From the IMG/VR virus record IMGVR_UViG_3300036985_007703, positions 64,001 through 128,000 of that record: 64,000 bases of DNA. One strand, given 5' to 3'. The first letter of the stretch is position 1; every line of letters starts with the position of its first letter. Both the position numbers and the translations under genes were made by a program. The notes below the pieces were generated by a model that saw only the letters and a list, made by a program, of their open reading frames with translations, ran no database searches and had not been told where the DNA came from. Origin of the DNA: a virus. Below, piece after piece: positions 63,041 through 64,000 of the stretch.

Positions 63041-64000
63041 TCAGAAGGTCGAGGAGACGCTCGGGAGCCCGCTGACGGTCACGACGCCGTAGTACTCCGG
63101 GCGGAGCAGCTTGGTGGCGAAGCGCGACGCGAAGCCCTTCTTGAAGGTGAAGGTGTGCGGGTCCTGCCAGGTCGGGGTGACCTGCAGCGGGATGTACGGG
63201 GCGAACACGTAGCCCGCGTCGAGGAAGTTCGAGCCGCGGAGCCCGACGAGCACCTTGTTGTCGTCCAGGAACGGATCCTGGTAGACGGTGAACTTCCGCA
63301 TCATGGTGCCGACCATCTGGATGCCGTAGTCGCTCGTGAGCGGGCCGTAGCTCGGGGGCACGACCTGGCTGGCGCCCATGTCGAAGTCCTTGTGGCTCGT
63401 GAGCTGGCTGAGCAGCGACACGACGGCCGGGCTGGCGACGATGAAGTTCGCCGGGGCGCGCAGCGTGGTCTTGTGGATCTTCGCGGCCACCGCGTCGATC
63501 TGGGTCAGCAGCTCGCGGATGCTCTCGATCTCGCCCGGCACCGTCGGGCTGTAGCTGTAGGTCGCCTGGTGCGCAGCGCCGGCCACGAGGTCCGTGATGA
63601 CCTTGCGGTCGATTTCGAGGGCGATCTCGTTGGAGAGGCCGGCGACCAGCTCGGCCTCCATGTTGAGGCCGTGGAGGGCGCGGAGGTCGTCCATGGCCTC
63701 CTGCGACCACGAGGCGCGCAGCTTGTAGGGCTCGGCCGTCACGGTCGACATGGCCATGTCCATGCTGATGCCCGGCACCGCGGCGCCGGAGGTCGTGTTC
63801 ACGAGTTCCCAGTTCACATAGTACTGGGCGTACACGACGTGGTTCGCGCTGAAGTTGCAGGGAGCGCCCGCAGCGGTCTGGGGCGTCAGGGTCCAGGCGC
63901 CCGTGGAGGCGGTGAAGGTGCCCACGGCGTGACCGTGGTTGTCCGTGAGGGTCGTGGTGGCGCCCGTCGGATCGAGCGTGGCGACCTTGTTCTCGGAGCC
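63041..64000 (-). CDS. Major capsid protein (T4 gp23-like), 5' part outside the window
   Basis: VTA...KLRA.WS.EA..DLRA.HGL..EAEL...LS.EI..EIDR, ANFIV.SP.V, VY.DP, G.V+APYIPL, DP.TF....GF.SR+; the frame is open to the window edge. Confidence 0.96.
   Translation of the reverse strand, partial: GSENKVATLDPTGATTTLTDNHGHAVGTFTASTGAWTLTPQTAAGAPCNFSANHVVYAQYYVNWELVNTTSGAAVPGISMDMAMSTVTAEPYKLRASWSQEAMDDLRALHGLNMEAELVAGLSNEIALEIDRKVITDLVAGAAHQATYSYSPTVPGEIESIRELLTQIDAVAAKIHKTTLRAPANFIVASPAVVSLLSQLTSHKDFDMGASQVVPPSYGPLTSDYGIQMVGTMMRKFTVYQDPFLDDNKVLVGLRGSNFLDAGYVFAPYIPLQVTPTWQDPHTFTFKKGFASRFATKLLRPEYYGVVTVSGLPSVSSTF

Noticed and set aside
1-64000. Alternative genetic code (stop reassignment)
   Set aside because: Standard-code ORFs tile the minus strand densely, and TAG, TGA and TAA all serve as stops at sensible gene ends.

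Overview
This window is the late (virion morphogenesis and lysis) region of a high-GC, contractile-tailed bacteriophage. Essentially every real gene is on the minus strand; the long plus-strand ORFs are antisense shadows. In transcription order (64000->1): T4 gp23-like major capsid protein (partial), neck proteins (gp13/gp14-like), head/neck fibre and decoration genes, a free-standing HNH homing endonuclease, a YiiX-like amidase / VanZ-like / spanin-like block, tail terminator, sheath, two tube-family genes, a holin-like gene and an amidase endolysin inside a cluster of small basic genes, an RHH regulator, a tail assembly chaperone with a -1 frameshift, tape measure, baseplate (LysM/gp53-like, hub, spike, gp25, gp6/J), and about 26.6 kb of fibre/adhesin genes. 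Three things stand out. (1) A 20-bp palindrome, (TGCGCA)x3-like, occurs nine times; seven copies sit between a stop codon and the next ribosome-binding site. (2) About nine small genes share an amphipathic 'MRxL(I/L)ExLxE' leader and internal xxE|A/G/S sites, resembling T4 capsid-targeted, protease-processed internal proteins. (3) Seven paralogous 300-350 aa proteins are arranged in repeated cassettes with small partner genes and three genes sharing one N-terminal module. No rRNA, tRNA, CRISPR array, integrase or reverse transcriptase was seen. All family assignments come from motif recognition and synteny, not from database searches.
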